Origin: a bacterium
GTDB taxonomy: Bacteria; UBA8248
DNA: 64,000 nt
Direction: 5' to 3'
Assembly (NCBI GenBank): GCA_965200245.1
Contig: CBDATS010000004.1
Coordinates: 858,949 to 922,948 of the forward strand
Below are positions 37,245 to 46,801 of this stretch, one piece after another. The position numbers were made by a program, and so were the translations under genes. Position 1 is the first letter of the stretch. Every line of letters starts with the position of its first letter. The notes under the pieces are model-generated. The model was given only the letters and a program-made list of their open reading frames with translations, searched no databases and was not told where the DNA came from.

Positions 37245-39557
37245 CTAAAGCGGACCGAAGTCGGGGGGGGGGATGCGGCGTTTCGAGGTCGCCTCGTAAG
37301 TCGAGGCGATTTGGAGCAGCACGTCCTCCCTGCCGGGTTCTGCGCGGAAAACAAGGGAAAACGGAAGGCCCGGCTCAGGGATGGTGGTGGCCTGATCGTT
37401 ATGGGCGGAGACGAACCGCGTGTCGTCCTCGCTCAGTTCGAAAACGGGATCGTATGTCGTGCGCACGTAGCCTGCCGGCACGAGCACTTCCGTGAGGCCT
37501 GCGTTCGGGCCGCTCTGTGATTCGGGTCGCGAGTTCAACAAGAGGCCAGGCTGGGGGGCACCTCCTATAATAGCGGGCGGAAACGGCGTGTGCAGGCGCA
37601 CGAGGGCGTCGAGATTGTTCTCCAGAATCACCATCATGTCTACGCGTCGCAAAAGCTCGCGCAGCATGATGCGCTCGTTCACTCCCTGTCGGCTGCCGTG
37701 GGGGTTGCGCGGGTCTGAGACTTCCTCCCAGTTTTTGAAGGCGGCGCGGTGGTCGTCGCCCCAGAATTTGGAACGTGCGTTCAACTCGGGAAATCCCGTG
37801 ATGGTCTCGGTGAAGCCGCTTTCTTTCCAATCCTCCGCCCGGCGCGAGAGGTACTGGTGGATGTGGTAGCGAAACGTCATGGCGAGTTCCTGCTGTTGCA
37901 CAGTGGCAAGGTCGAGGTTCACGGGCTGTTCGATCCTGCCCTCGCCCATGGCGAGCATGTAGTCGATGGGCTGCATGTCACCCGAACCGAATACGACGCC
38001 CGGCGCGAACTCGGTGGGGACGATGGCCTCTGCGAATTCGGTGAAGAGCGGCTCGCCCTCGGGCGTTAGCCTGAACATGATGTCCGGCATGAAGACGGGA
38101 ATGAGCCTTGCGAGCGCACGGCGGAAATCCGTCTTCATCGTTTCGACCTCGGGGGCGTCCGCCCAGAGCGGGTCAGTGGATTCCAGGAGTTTCGCGCCGA
38201 GATTTTTCCCCAAGACTTCCTCTATCTCTCTAGCAGCAGCGTTGACGATGGGTTCTTCTGATTTCGAACCCCTCGCATAGACCATCGACTCACGAATGAC
38301 CCCGATGCGTACGCCCTTGAGCGCCCCCGCCTCGCCGCTCGTTTTTATGTGCGTCGCATAGGGCGTATCCAAAACGGAGGAACGCGGCACCGTCGTGAAC
38401 GGATCGCGCGGGTCGTAGTAGCCGTTCACAGGGTCTTTCAAGGCGTCGAGTACCTTGGCGCAATCTGCAAGTGATTTCGTGATGATGCCACTCCTGTCAC
38501 AGTAGATGTCCGCCCCGATTGCGCCGCCGTCGAAGCCTAACATCGCCTTATGCGGGAGGATGAGCGCAACGGCGTTGTGGTTCGAAGGTCCCCTGCAGGA
38601 GGCCCTCGTCTCTTCGCCCAGGCTCGCCATCACCATGTTGGTGCTCACCGAAAGGGCGGAACCCGAACTCGACCCCAGGGAAGCCGCCCGCGTGGTGTCG
38701 TATGGGTTCGAGGGGTTTCCGCCCCAACTGCTCCGCTGGTAGCCCAGGACGGAGGGCAACACCTTTTCGGGCGCGTGCCGCCCGCCCGGGTCCCCTGCGC
38801 GCCCGTTGTATTCGGTGCTCACCGCCTTGGCGAAGATGATGGCGCCTTTGTTCCTCAACTGCTCGACGAGAATGTGGTCGCGCGCGGGAAAATCGATGTC
38901 GTAGGCGGCGTCGCCCCCGCCGGTGGAGCGCATGTCCTTGGTGTCGAAGGGGTCCTTGAAGGAGAAGGTGACACCGAACATCGGCATTTTTTCGAGGTCT
39001 GGCTCTGCGCCGTACTCAGCGTCCAGTTCCGCTGCGCGCTCCAGCGCGTCGGGGTAGTGGCGAAAGACCTCGCACATGGGTGGGGCGCCGGGCGGCAGCG
39101 GACCTTCGGAAGGATGCCTGTCGAAATCGCCCTTGCACGTTACGGAGCGCTCGCCCCGGATGTTCAGGGTGGCGAGGGCGTTCACTTGGCCCGCATTCGG
39201 GATGCCGACAATCATGCCGTATTGCTGCTGCACGCTGGGGTCGGACGCCGTATCCTGCATGCGCCCGAACTCGAGCGGTGGCCCTGCGTATTTGTCCAGA
39301 TCGGGCAGGACGTCCGCAGCCCGCACTGTCTCGGTCGGGAATTCGAGCGGCGTCCCGCCACGCATGGTCCCCCTGGTCTCGGAAATCGGCGCGCCGTCTT
39401 CGGTGACGAGCATGCTGGCGACCCCGTTGTAGGCGCGAACACGCTCAAGGTAGCGTTCCACGACTTGGGCGCATGTCGTGCGGCCTGCGCGAATCGCCGC
39501 GTGCATATCTTCGATGGACGCTTCTTCCAAGTGAAACACCCCGCTCTTGTCCTCCAT
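37245..39557 (-). CDS. Oversized amidase-signature-family protein (about 770 aa)
   Basis: AS-family elements FSFKDPFD...STGGG and LGSSSGSALSV (Ser-cisSer-Lys type). ATG 39557 lies behind AAGGA. Long insertions and an about 300-aa C-terminal extension have no motif I recognise. Confidence 0.85.
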   Translation of the reverse strand: MEDKSGVFHLEEASIEDMHAAIRAGRTTCAQVVERYLERVRAYNGVASMLVTEDGAPISETRGTMRGGTPLEFPTETVRAADVLPDLDKYAGPPLEFGRMQDTASDPSVQQQYGMIVGIPNAGQVNALATLNIRGERSVTCKGDFDRHPSEGPLPPGAPPMCEVFRHYPDALERAAELDAEYGAEPDLEKMPMFGVTFSFKDPFDTKDMRSTGGGDAAYDIDFPARDHILVEQLRNKGAIIFAKAVSTEYNGRAGDPGGRHAPEKVLPSVLGYQRSSWGGNPSNPYDTTRAASLGSSSGSALSVSTNMVMASLGEETRASCRGPSNHNAVALILPHKAMLGFDGGAIGADIYCDRSGIITKSLADCAKVLDALKDPVNGYYDPRDPFTTVPRSSVLDTPYATHIKTSGEAGALKGVRIGVIRESMVYARGSKSEEPIVNAAAREIEEVLGKNLGAKLLESTDPLWADAPEVETMKTDFRRALARLIPVFMPDIMFRLTPEGEPLFTEFAEAIVPTEFAPGVVFGSGDMQPIDYMLAMGEGRIEQPVNLDLATVQQQELAMTFRYHIHQYLSRRAEDWKESGFTETITGFPELNARSKFWGDDHRAAFKNWEEVSDPRNPHGSRQGVNERIMLRELLRRVDMMVILENNLDALVRLHTPFPPAIIGGAPQPGLLLNSRPESQSGPNAGLTEVLVPAGYVRTTYDPVFELSEDDTRFVSAHNDQATTIPEPGLPFSLVFRAEPGREDVLLQIASTYEATSKRRIPPPDFGPL

Positions 39558-39843
39558 GACGCATCCTTTCGCTTGAGTCTTTTCTCGGCTCACCTCTCTC
39601 GGGAGAGGGAGCAACATCAGGTTTCAGACGATTCGGGAATACTATGGGCGAAGCCCGATTTTCGCAATGGAGGAGGGGGATGAATTCCGAAGATTCTCGC
39701 ATTCGGCAAAGGAGCGAAGTTCTTTCATACGATTCAGATAAGACAGATAAAAGTTTCTGGTTTTCATTACTTTCTCTATAGTGTTGAATTTGTTTAGCGG
39801 GGCGTGCTCTTCGCTCCTCGCCCAGTCAGGTATATGAAATAGG

Positions 39844-40941
39844 TCAGTTGATGGCCTTTGTCCATTCAAGACGCCGTTTCAGCTTGTTGAGAGAATGCCT
39901 CCATGGCAGACGACCTTCATGCTGAAGTCTGCCGACCACTATGCTTGGGGCAACATCTTGCTCCTGCGCAAATTGACGGATTGACAGGCCATCTCGGGGT
40001 TCCCCCTCGACGAACCGCTTCCAATGACCGCTCGGAATCAGGAAATTCGCAGCCCACTGGTTCGCTCGCGCTTCACATTCACCGACATCATTTTCTTTTG
40101 AATCGATGAAAACATCTTTCTTGCTATCCAACAAAATGTGTGCGGCTTCATGAAACAAGGTGAACCAGAGATGATCATCCGTCTTGTGGCGGGCGCTCAA
40201 GGCGATCACCGCCTTTTGGCTCGACAGCCACCATGCCGCGCCGCTGATGGCGGTCCTCGGCAGGGGTGGAATCAAGGCCAGGACAACACCTGACTCGTTA
40301 CAATATTCGCCCGCCTTGCGGATCGCTTCGTCGAACGGCTTGCGTGTGAGTGCACGAATTTCCCCGAGAGACCTTTTGAAGCACGCCTCGTTAAAATCCG
40401 CGCAAGTTTGCCGTTCGGCTTCAAGCTCGCTCAGTCTGCGCCAAGTCGCCAAAGCGCATTCGTCGCTATCGAAACTCGGAGAATGTCGGTAGTTGACGCT
40501 TTCCGCTCCATACTTGACATCCCAGGCCGCGACCGATCCGACACCAAAAAAGGCGAGTAGGCCAGACACTCCAGCGGCGATTGAGGACGGCCTATCCATC
40601 ACCCCGCGCTTGACCAGCACATTTATGGGAAAGCGTTTCGCCCACGAGTCGAATTTTGCCGCTTGTTTTATTTCGGTTTTTTTCGCCCGCTGTAGCCTGT
40701 AGTCGGATTCCAGTCCAAGCCAGATATGGGCGGCGACTCCCGTCACCTTCTCGAATTGAAGAGCCGTCTGCGGCTCCACCGGAGCCTTTCCCGCGACTAT
40801 CTCGCTGATGAGTTTGGGTGAACGACCACACCGGCGAGCGAAATCAGCATACGACATGTCATGCGCCTCCAGGCGTTCCGCAAGAATCGTTCCGGGTGCG
40901 ACTGCGTAGTCCGGTTGGTACGCATGGGCTGTTCCACTCAT
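39844..40941 (-). CDS. Antitoxin-like fusion: HigA-type XRE HTH domain plus ImmA/IrrE Zn-metallopeptidase domain
   Basis: N-terminal HTH (PGTILAERLEAHDMSYADFARRCGRSPKLISEIVAGKAPV). C-terminal HEXXH (FTLFHEAAHILL) preceded by GAAWW...IALSAR. Its start lies 14 nt after the HigB-like stop. Confidence 0.85.
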   Translation of the reverse strand: MSGTAHAYQPDYAVAPGTILAERLEAHDMSYADFARRCGRSPKLISEIVAGKAPVEPQTALQFEKVTGVAAHIWLGLESDYRLQRAKKTEIKQAAKFDSWAKRFPINVLVKRGVMDRPSSIAAGVSGLLAFFGVGSVAAWDVKYGAESVNYRHSPSFDSDECALATWRRLSELEAERQTCADFNEACFKRSLGEIRALTRKPFDEAIRKAGEYCNESGVVLALIPPLPRTAISGAAWWLSSQKAVIALSARHKTDDHLWFTLFHEAAHILLDSKKDVFIDSKENDVGECEARANQWAANFLIPSGHWKRFVEGEPRDGLSIRQFAQEQDVAPSIVVGRLQHEGRLPWRHSLNKLKRRLEWTKAIN

Positions 40942-40954
40942 GTACTTCACCTCC

Positions 40955-41290
40955 TCAATGATAGTCGACGACATCGACAATGATAATCGAGGTGACTTCG
41001 GCCGGGTCGATACCGCCGTCATCCTTACTGGGAACCGGATCGTGGTTCGGCTTGAAGACGAGCCTTTGGGCATGAACGAGATCGACCGCGTATTGCCCTT
41101 CGCGATCAGCCTTCAGGGGATGGCACCGCTCCGGCGGCGTCGACGGCACGTCCGCCAGCGTCCGGGCGTTTTTCAAAACCGCAAGACACGACATCAACTT
41201 CTCCGCCATCCGTTTGCCATACGTCTTTTGAAGTTCGCTCTCTGCGTTGCAGGTCTTTGCAAGTTTTCTGGTTCGGAAAACGATTTCCAC
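40955..41290 (-). CDS. HigB-like (RelE/ParE superfamily) toxin
   Basis: 111 aa with GTG start. Pattern FRTRKLAKTC...HPLKADREGQYAVDL...RLVF...VDVVDYH matches plasmid-maintenance killer (HigB) proteins, including the terminal DYH. Confidence 0.8.
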   Translation of the reverse strand: MEIVFRTRKLAKTCNAESELQKTYGKRMAEKLMSCLAVLKNARTLADVPSTPPERCHPLKADREGQYAVDLVHAQRLVFKPNHDPVPSKDDGGIDPAEVTSIIIVDVVDYH

Positions 41291-41297
41291 TTCATTG

Positions 41298-41316
41298 TCA
41301 TTATGGGCAATAATGA
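41298..41316. promoter_or_regulatory. Inverted repeat just upstream of higB-like start (candidate autoregulatory operator)
   Basis: TCATTAT-GGGCA-ATAATGA, a perfect 7-bp repeat lying 8-26 nt upstream of the GTG at 41290. Confidence 0.45.
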
Positions 41317-41749
41317 GAGATTCCTCTTATTTCGTTACCTATTCGGTAATAATACAGAGGAAAATGCAGACCGTCAAGTACGGGAAGTCGCTCATATTCG
41401 CATCATGTGGGCCGGGTTAGCCTTTCGCACTTTCGCTTGAGTCGAAATGATAGAGTAATGTTCCAGATATGAGTATCCCGCACGAATATTCAGGCCAAAA
41501 AGTTTTTCGCCGGCCCCGCATTTGCTCACATAGCGGAGGCAGTTCCTCCCGCTCCTGTTGCAATTGGCACCTCGCCATGACGGCGCCGGCGGCACTGTGG
41601 TATAATTTCTATCTCGAAAACAACTGAGCGAGGAAGCACGAAATTCGAAGAACTCATGGATTGCAAAATCCGTTCTCTCGATTTTTTCGCGCCATCTCCC
41701 AAAACAGAAGTGCACGACAGCTTTTGATTTCGCATAAGGAGAACGTCTC

Positions 41750-42934
41750 ATGGCAAAAACCGCACAAGCCGTCCGCAAGGAACCGTGGTTCGCGTATTTT
41801 CCCAATGACTACCGCTGGTCCGCTGGCGTAAGCATCGCCTATTCTACATCCTTTTGGGGCTCGTCCACGATGGGTGAAGTCGACAGGGTCTGCCGCAAAC
41901 TCAAGGGGAAAGAGGGAGACGACGACGCCTGGTTCGATGAATGGGTGAGCGAGGCTGACAGGATGCGCTCGCTTGGCATGGCCGCAGCCCGGAAGAAGAA
42001 TTCGCTTTCCGCCGCCGCCTTCTTCAAACGGGCGTGTTTCTATTATCAACTCGGCGAGCGTTTCAGAACACCAAAGGACAAGGCGGCGAACGCTGTGTAC
42101 CGCAAATCGCTCGATTCCTTTAAGCGCTTCGCCGCGCTTACGGACGCGCCTCGCATCGAACACGTGGAAATTCCCTTCGAAGGAAAAAAGACGCTGCCCG
42201 GCATCCTGGTTCACGCGCAGAATACAAGAAAGAGAAAACCTCCCGTAGTTGTCTCCTTCGATGGCTTCGACGTCTCGAAAGAGATCCAGTACATCATGGG
42301 TGCCGAAGACCTCGCACGACGCGGGATGAGCGTGCTTGCCGTGGACGCGCCCGGAAACGGGGAGGCCATTCGCTCCAGAAAGCTCTTTCTGCGCCACGAC
42401 CATGAGGTCGCGGGAGGGGCGGCGCTCGATTATCTCGAGACGAGAAACGACGTGGACGCGAAACGCGCAGGCGTCATGGCGATCAGCCTCGGCGGATACT
42501 ACGCACCCAGAAACGCCAGCATGGAGCACCGCTTCAAGGCATGCGTGGCCTGGGGAGCGATTTGGGATTACCAGAAGGTATGGCGCGACAGAATCGCTGC
42601 CACTTACACGACGGCTCTCTCCGTTCCCGGGCATCACCTGATGTGGATATTCAACCTGGACTCCACCGAGGAGTGCCTCGAAATGCTTGAGGACTTCAAG
42701 CTCGACGGCGTGGTCCAGCACATGCGCTGCCCGTTTCTTCTGATTCACGGGGAAGGCGATCAGCAGATTTCTGTTGAGGACGCAAAAAAACTCTTCAAGG
42801 CCTCGGGGTCGAAGGACAAGACCTTCCGTGTGGTCAAGGGAGTCGAAACCGGCGCCCAGCACTGTCAAATGGACAATGTGCCCCCTTACGCGCACGAAAT
42901 TTTCGATTGGCTCAAACTGAAGCTTGGAGCGTAG
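41750..42934 (+). CDS. Alpha/beta hydrolase (FrsA / dihydroxypseudooxynicotine-hydrolase-like family)
   Basis: 394 aa. Nucleophile elbow AISLGGYY. HGEGDQQI region with C-terminal His. AAGGAGA RBS. Possible TGnTATAAT extended -10 at 41598-41606. Confidence 0.85.
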   Translation: MAKTAQAVRKEPWFAYFPNDYRWSAGVSIAYSTSFWGSSTMGEVDRVCRKLKGKEGDDDAWFDEWVSEADRMRSLGMAAARKKNSLSAAAFFKRACFYYQLGERFRTPKDKAANAVYRKSLDSFKRFAALTDAPRIEHVEIPFEGKKTLPGILVHAQNTRKRKPPVVVSFDGFDVSKEIQYIMGAEDLARRGMSVLAVDAPGNGEAIRSRKLFLRHDHEVAGGAALDYLETRNDVDAKRAGVMAISLGGYYAPRNASMEHRFKACVAWGAIWDYQKVWRDRIAATYTTALSVPGHHLMWIFNLDSTEECLEMLEDFKLDGVVQHMRCPFLLIHGEGDQQISVEDAKKLFKASGSKDKTFRVVKGVETGAQHCQMDNVPPYAHEIFDWLKLKLGA

Positions 42935-43311
42935 GGAGGCCGGGCGCGGACTCTCTAGTGGACAGAAGCAACGCCTGCTCGTCGCGCGTGTGCTGCCTGA
43001 ACCAACCGCGAATCCTGATGCTTGACGAGACCACCGTATCTCTGGACAACCGCACGCAGGCCATTGCTCAGGAGTCACTCGGCAAACCAAACATCTCGCG
43101 TCTGGCAATCGTCCATCGGGTGAGTACCGTTCGCGAGGTCGCACGAACCTGCGTGCTGGAGAAAGGCCGCTCCGTCGACAGCAGTAACTACAACGAACCC
43201 ATGGCCAGGGACAGGGCGTTTGCGAACCTTGCGAAACACCAGTTGATGCAAGCGGCACGGTTGGTGATTACAATGAAAGTGCGGGCGGACGTCGAGCTGG
43301 ACGTCGCCTGA
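42930..43311 (+). pseudogene. 5-prime-truncated, frameshifted relic of an ABC exporter ATPase domain
   Basis: EAGRGLSSGQKQRLLVARVL (degenerate ABC signature). After a +1 shift near 42996: LNQPRILMLDETTVSLD (Walker B) and LAIVHRVSTV (H-loop). No Walker A or membrane domain upstream. Confidence 0.7.
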
Positions 43312-43352
43312 GCCAATGGATAGATTCAATAATCAAGGGGGGCCTACTCCAC

Positions 43353-44138
43353 ATGAACTACGAGAACGTGCGCACCGAGATGGACGGTGAATTATTGATC
43401 GTCACGCTGCACTGGCCCGAGCGACGAAACGCCATGACTCACCAGATGCGAGCCGACCTGCTGGACTGCGCCCGTCGCGCCGAAACCGACGACGCAGTGA
43501 AGGCCATCGTCTTCACCGGACATGGGGACAAGTCGTTTTGCGCAGGCACCAACATCCCTGAACTCGAGCAACGCACCCTGGTCTCGGAATTGGGGCCCTC
43601 GGCGACGCTTCGCAAGGAACTGCCAACCGCCATCGAGCGTCTGGGCAAACCGACCGTCGCCGCGATAAACGGCTATTGCTTCGGAGCAGGGTTGGAATTC
43701 GCGATGGGCTGCACTATCCGAATCGCGAGCGAGAACGCACAACTCGCGCAGCCGGAGATCAATCTGGGCCAGATACCAGGCAGCGGCGGCACCCAGCGCC
43801 TCTATCGTTTCGTGGGGCTGGGCTGGGCCATGCAGATGGTGCTCACAGGGCAGCGCGTCGACGCCGAGACTGCACGCGCGATCGGCTTGGTCACCGAAGT
43901 TCTGCCTCTGGCCGACCTCATGCCCCGAGCGAAGGAACTGGCGCGCAAGCTGGGGGCGCAATCTCCATTGGCCTTCGTTGCCGGTCGCGACGCCGTATTG
44001 CGTTCTACGGAAACCGAACTTCTGGCGGGTATCGACTATGAGCGAAAGCTCTACGCCATCTGCATGGCGACCGAGGACAGCCGCGAGGCCTTGAGAGCCT
44101 ATGACGAAAAGCGCGCTCCCCGGTACAAGGGCCGTTAA
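43353..44138 (+). CDS. Enoyl-CoA hydratase/isomerase family protein
   Basis: 261 aa with crotonase motifs FTGHGDKSFCAGTNI and INGYCFGAGLEFAMGC. Confidence 0.9.
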   Translation: MNYENVRTEMDGELLIVTLHWPERRNAMTHQMRADLLDCARRAETDDAVKAIVFTGHGDKSFCAGTNIPELEQRTLVSELGPSATLRKELPTAIERLGKPTVAAINGYCFGAGLEFAMGCTIRIASENAQLAQPEINLGQIPGSGGTQRLYRFVGLGWAMQMVLTGQRVDAETARAIGLVTEVLPLADLMPRAKELARKLGAQSPLAFVAGRDAVLRSTETELLAGIDYERKLYAICMATEDSREALRAYDEKRAPRYKGR

Positions 44139-44153
44139 TCCCGGAAATCGTGC

Positions 44154-45800
44154 ATGAAGCCTTTTCTTCTGGATCAGGAAAAAATCGAGGCCTATCTCGC
44201 CGACGGATATTGGACGCGCGAGACCATGGTGGAACGTTACGCTGCGTATGCGCACGATATACCAGAGAAAATCGCCTGCCGCGACGCACAAGAAGAAATC
44301 TCCTGGCGGGAACTGGATGAAATTACGGACCGTATCGCTGCAAACCTGATCGCACGGGGAATCGAGCGCGACGCCCGCGCCCTGGTACAGATGGCCTCAT
44401 CGAACCGCGAGATGATCTTGCGCATCGCGCTCAGGAAAGCGGGCGTCATCGGATGTTTTGCGCCCATGCAGTGGCGGCGCAGGGAACTCGGCTACGCCTT
44501 GCGGGAACTCACCCCGAGCGTTATCTTCACCTCGCCGGAATCGGGTGACGACATGTCGGCTGACTGGCTGGATGAAGCGATTGACGGAACTCCGCAAACA
44601 CTCCTTGTCGAGCTTTCGGGAAAATCTGCAGCAGGCTGGCTGTCCTGGGCCGAATTGGCTGAATACCCACATGACGTTGGCGCAATCGAAGAGATCGCTT
44701 CCCGGCGTTTCCGCTTCGATGAAATTTCCCTCGTCACGGTATCGAGTGGATCGAGCGGACTCTCGAAACTGTGTGAATGGCCCGAGGGGGCGCAGATGTG
44801 TCTGGGCCGCGCCATCACGCGGCGATTGGCCCTGAGGGCGGAGGACAATATCGGCGTGTTCGCGCCGATGGCAGGGGGCGCGGGTCTTCTGGTCTGGGTG
44901 TCGTCGGGCGAGACACCCTGTACTTTCACCTTTCCCGACACATACAACGCGCGCGCCTTGCTGGCGCTCATCGAGAGTGCAAGAATCACGGTGGCGACGA
45001 CGGTGCCCGTCATCCTGAATCGCCTAGCGCAGGAAGATCTGGGCTCTTTTGACCTGCGTTCCCTGCGCGCCATACGAATCGGTACCGCTGCGGCGGATCT
45101 AAAAGCGGCGCGCCGCTTCGAGCATCTCACCGGCTGCCGCGTCGTGCTCGCCGCGGGCAGTATGGAAACCCCCGGCTTCGCGCACGCCGATGTGGACGAT
45201 CCCGCCGCGCTCAGGCTCAATGGAAGCATCGGCCCCCCGCACCGGGGATGCCGCTGGCGAATCGAGGATGAGGACGGAAACGCGTTGCCTCAGGGAAGTA
45301 TCGGCCATTTCAGGCTCTCGGCACCTTACGCTTCTTCGGGCTACTGGAAGAACCCGGAAGCCACACGAGCGGTCTGGTCGGAAGGCTGGAACGCGACCGG
45401 CGACATCGCGACCATCGACGAGGACGGGCACTTGAGGTTGCTGGGTCGCAGCAGGGAAGTCATAAACCGCAGCGGTCAGAAAATACTGCCGAGCGAGGTC
45501 GAATATGAGATCGCAAGACACCCCGCCGTCTTCGAGTGCGCCGTGATAGCAGCGCCCGACCCTGAATACGGCGAGACACCCTGGGCATTCGTCCAGTTCC
45601 ATGATGGCAGGAACCCTGACGCAGAAGGTCTGGCCGACGCGCTCAGGGCAAGCGGCCTCGCCACCTACAAGGTACCGACGCGTTTTATCGAACTGAGCGA
45701 ATTCCCCCGCGTTGCGAGTGACAAAATCGACAAGAAAGCGCTGCTGCGAATGGCGTTGGCTCAACAGGAACCACGAAACCGGGACGAAGGGAGAATCTAG
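44154..45800 (+). CDS. AMP-dependent acyl-CoA synthetase/ligase
   Basis: 548 aa. Divergent P-loop VSSGSSGLSK. GWNATGDIA, and K near the C-terminus (SDKIDKKAL). Confidence 0.9.
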   Translation: MKPFLLDQEKIEAYLADGYWTRETMVERYAAYAHDIPEKIACRDAQEEISWRELDEITDRIAANLIARGIERDARALVQMASSNREMILRIALRKAGVIGCFAPMQWRRRELGYALRELTPSVIFTSPESGDDMSADWLDEAIDGTPQTLLVELSGKSAAGWLSWAELAEYPHDVGAIEEIASRRFRFDEISLVTVSSGSSGLSKLCEWPEGAQMCLGRAITRRLALRAEDNIGVFAPMAGGAGLLVWVSSGETPCTFTFPDTYNARALLALIESARITVATTVPVILNRLAQEDLGSFDLRSLRAIRIGTAAADLKAARRFEHLTGCRVVLAAGSMETPGFAHADVDDPAALRLNGSIGPPHRGCRWRIEDEDGNALPQGSIGHFRLSAPYASSGYWKNPEATRAVWSEGWNATGDIATIDEDGHLRLLGRSREVINRSGQKILPSEVEYEIARHPAVFECAVIAAPDPEYGETPWAFVQFHDGRNPDAEGLADALRASGLATYKVPTRFIELSEFPRVASDKIDKKALLRMALAQQEPRNRDEGRI

Positions 45801-45803
45801 ACC

Positions 45804-46601
45804 ATGGGACACGGCGAATATCTGCACGGCGCAAGTTTCGACGGCTTTACGGTCGAGATAGACACGGAACAACAGCGCGGCGACATCATTCTCGACCGCG
45901 GCGAGATGAACACGATCAGCATGGGCCAGCGCGAAGAGTTGCGCGCCGCCTTCGAGAGCCTCGACAGAGACGAGCGGGTACGCGTAATCGTGCTGCGCGC
46001 CTTGGGGTCCAATTTCTCATCGGGTGGATTCATTCGCGGCTTTATGGAGGCTTCGCCCGAGCACGTCTCGAACCTGGCCGACAACATCGCCGCACCCACG
46101 CGCTGTGCAAAGCCGACCATCGCTGCAAATCGCGGCTATTGTTTCGGTGTGGGCTTCGAAATCTCGCTCGCATGCGATTTCCGGATTACGTCGGAGACAA
46201 CCCTCTATGCCCTGCCCGAACAGCGCCTGGGGCAGATACCGGGTTCGGGCGGGTCGGCGCGCCTGCAGAAGATGATCGGCATTGCGCGGACGAAACACAT
46301 CGTCATGCGCTCGAAGCGCATTACCGGCAAACAGGCCTATGAATGGGGTATTGTCACCGAGGTCGTGCCGGACGGGGAACTGGAACAGGCTACCGATGCC
46401 CTCGTGGCGGAACTTTGTCAATTTGCTCCGCTCGCGCAACGCACAGCCAAGCGCCTGCTCAACGAGACTGAAGACACCTTCCTGTCCTTGGGGATACAAC
46501 TCGAGGGGCATTGCTACTCGCGGCTTCGCCAGTCGGATGATTTCAAAGAGGGCGTGGAAGCTTTTCACGAAAAACGAAAACCCGATTTCAAGGGCAGTTA
46601 A
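45804..46601 (+). CDS. Enoyl-CoA hydratase/isomerase family protein
   Basis: 265 aa with NRGYCFGVGFEISLACD and crotonase C-terminal FKEGVEAFHEKRKPDFKG. Confidence 0.9.
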   Translation: MGHGEYLHGASFDGFTVEIDTEQQRGDIILDRGEMNTISMGQREELRAAFESLDRDERVRVIVLRALGSNFSSGGFIRGFMEASPEHVSNLADNIAAPTRCAKPTIAANRGYCFGVGFEISLACDFRITSETTLYALPEQRLGQIPGSGGSARLQKMIGIARTKHIVMRSKRITGKQAYEWGIVTEVVPDGELEQATDALVAELCQFAPLAQRTAKRLLNETEDTFLSLGIQLEGHCYSRLRQSDDFKEGVEAFHEKRKPDFKGS

Positions 46602-46801
46602 GTCAGGAGACGCACGGCAATTCAGTTGCCCCCCTCGTTTCTTTTTACGCCGGGTTCCCCTTCCGGGCGCTGTTTCATACTGCGTCGGATTTTTGTGTTA
46701 TACTCACTTTACATCTCGCACATGAAATTTCCTTTACGGGCGCCATCCCGAAAGACGGTTGGCCCACAGGGTTTTCTCAAGACCGATGGGGGGAGATATT
46801 C

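Noticed and set aside
41654-43258. 534-aa minus-strand ORF covering the alpha/beta hydrolase gene and the ABC relic.
   Set aside because: The plus strand encodes a well-formed hydrolase (GxSxG elbow, good RBS). The antisense product is Arg/Cys/Pro-rich without motifs, so it is a shadow ORF.
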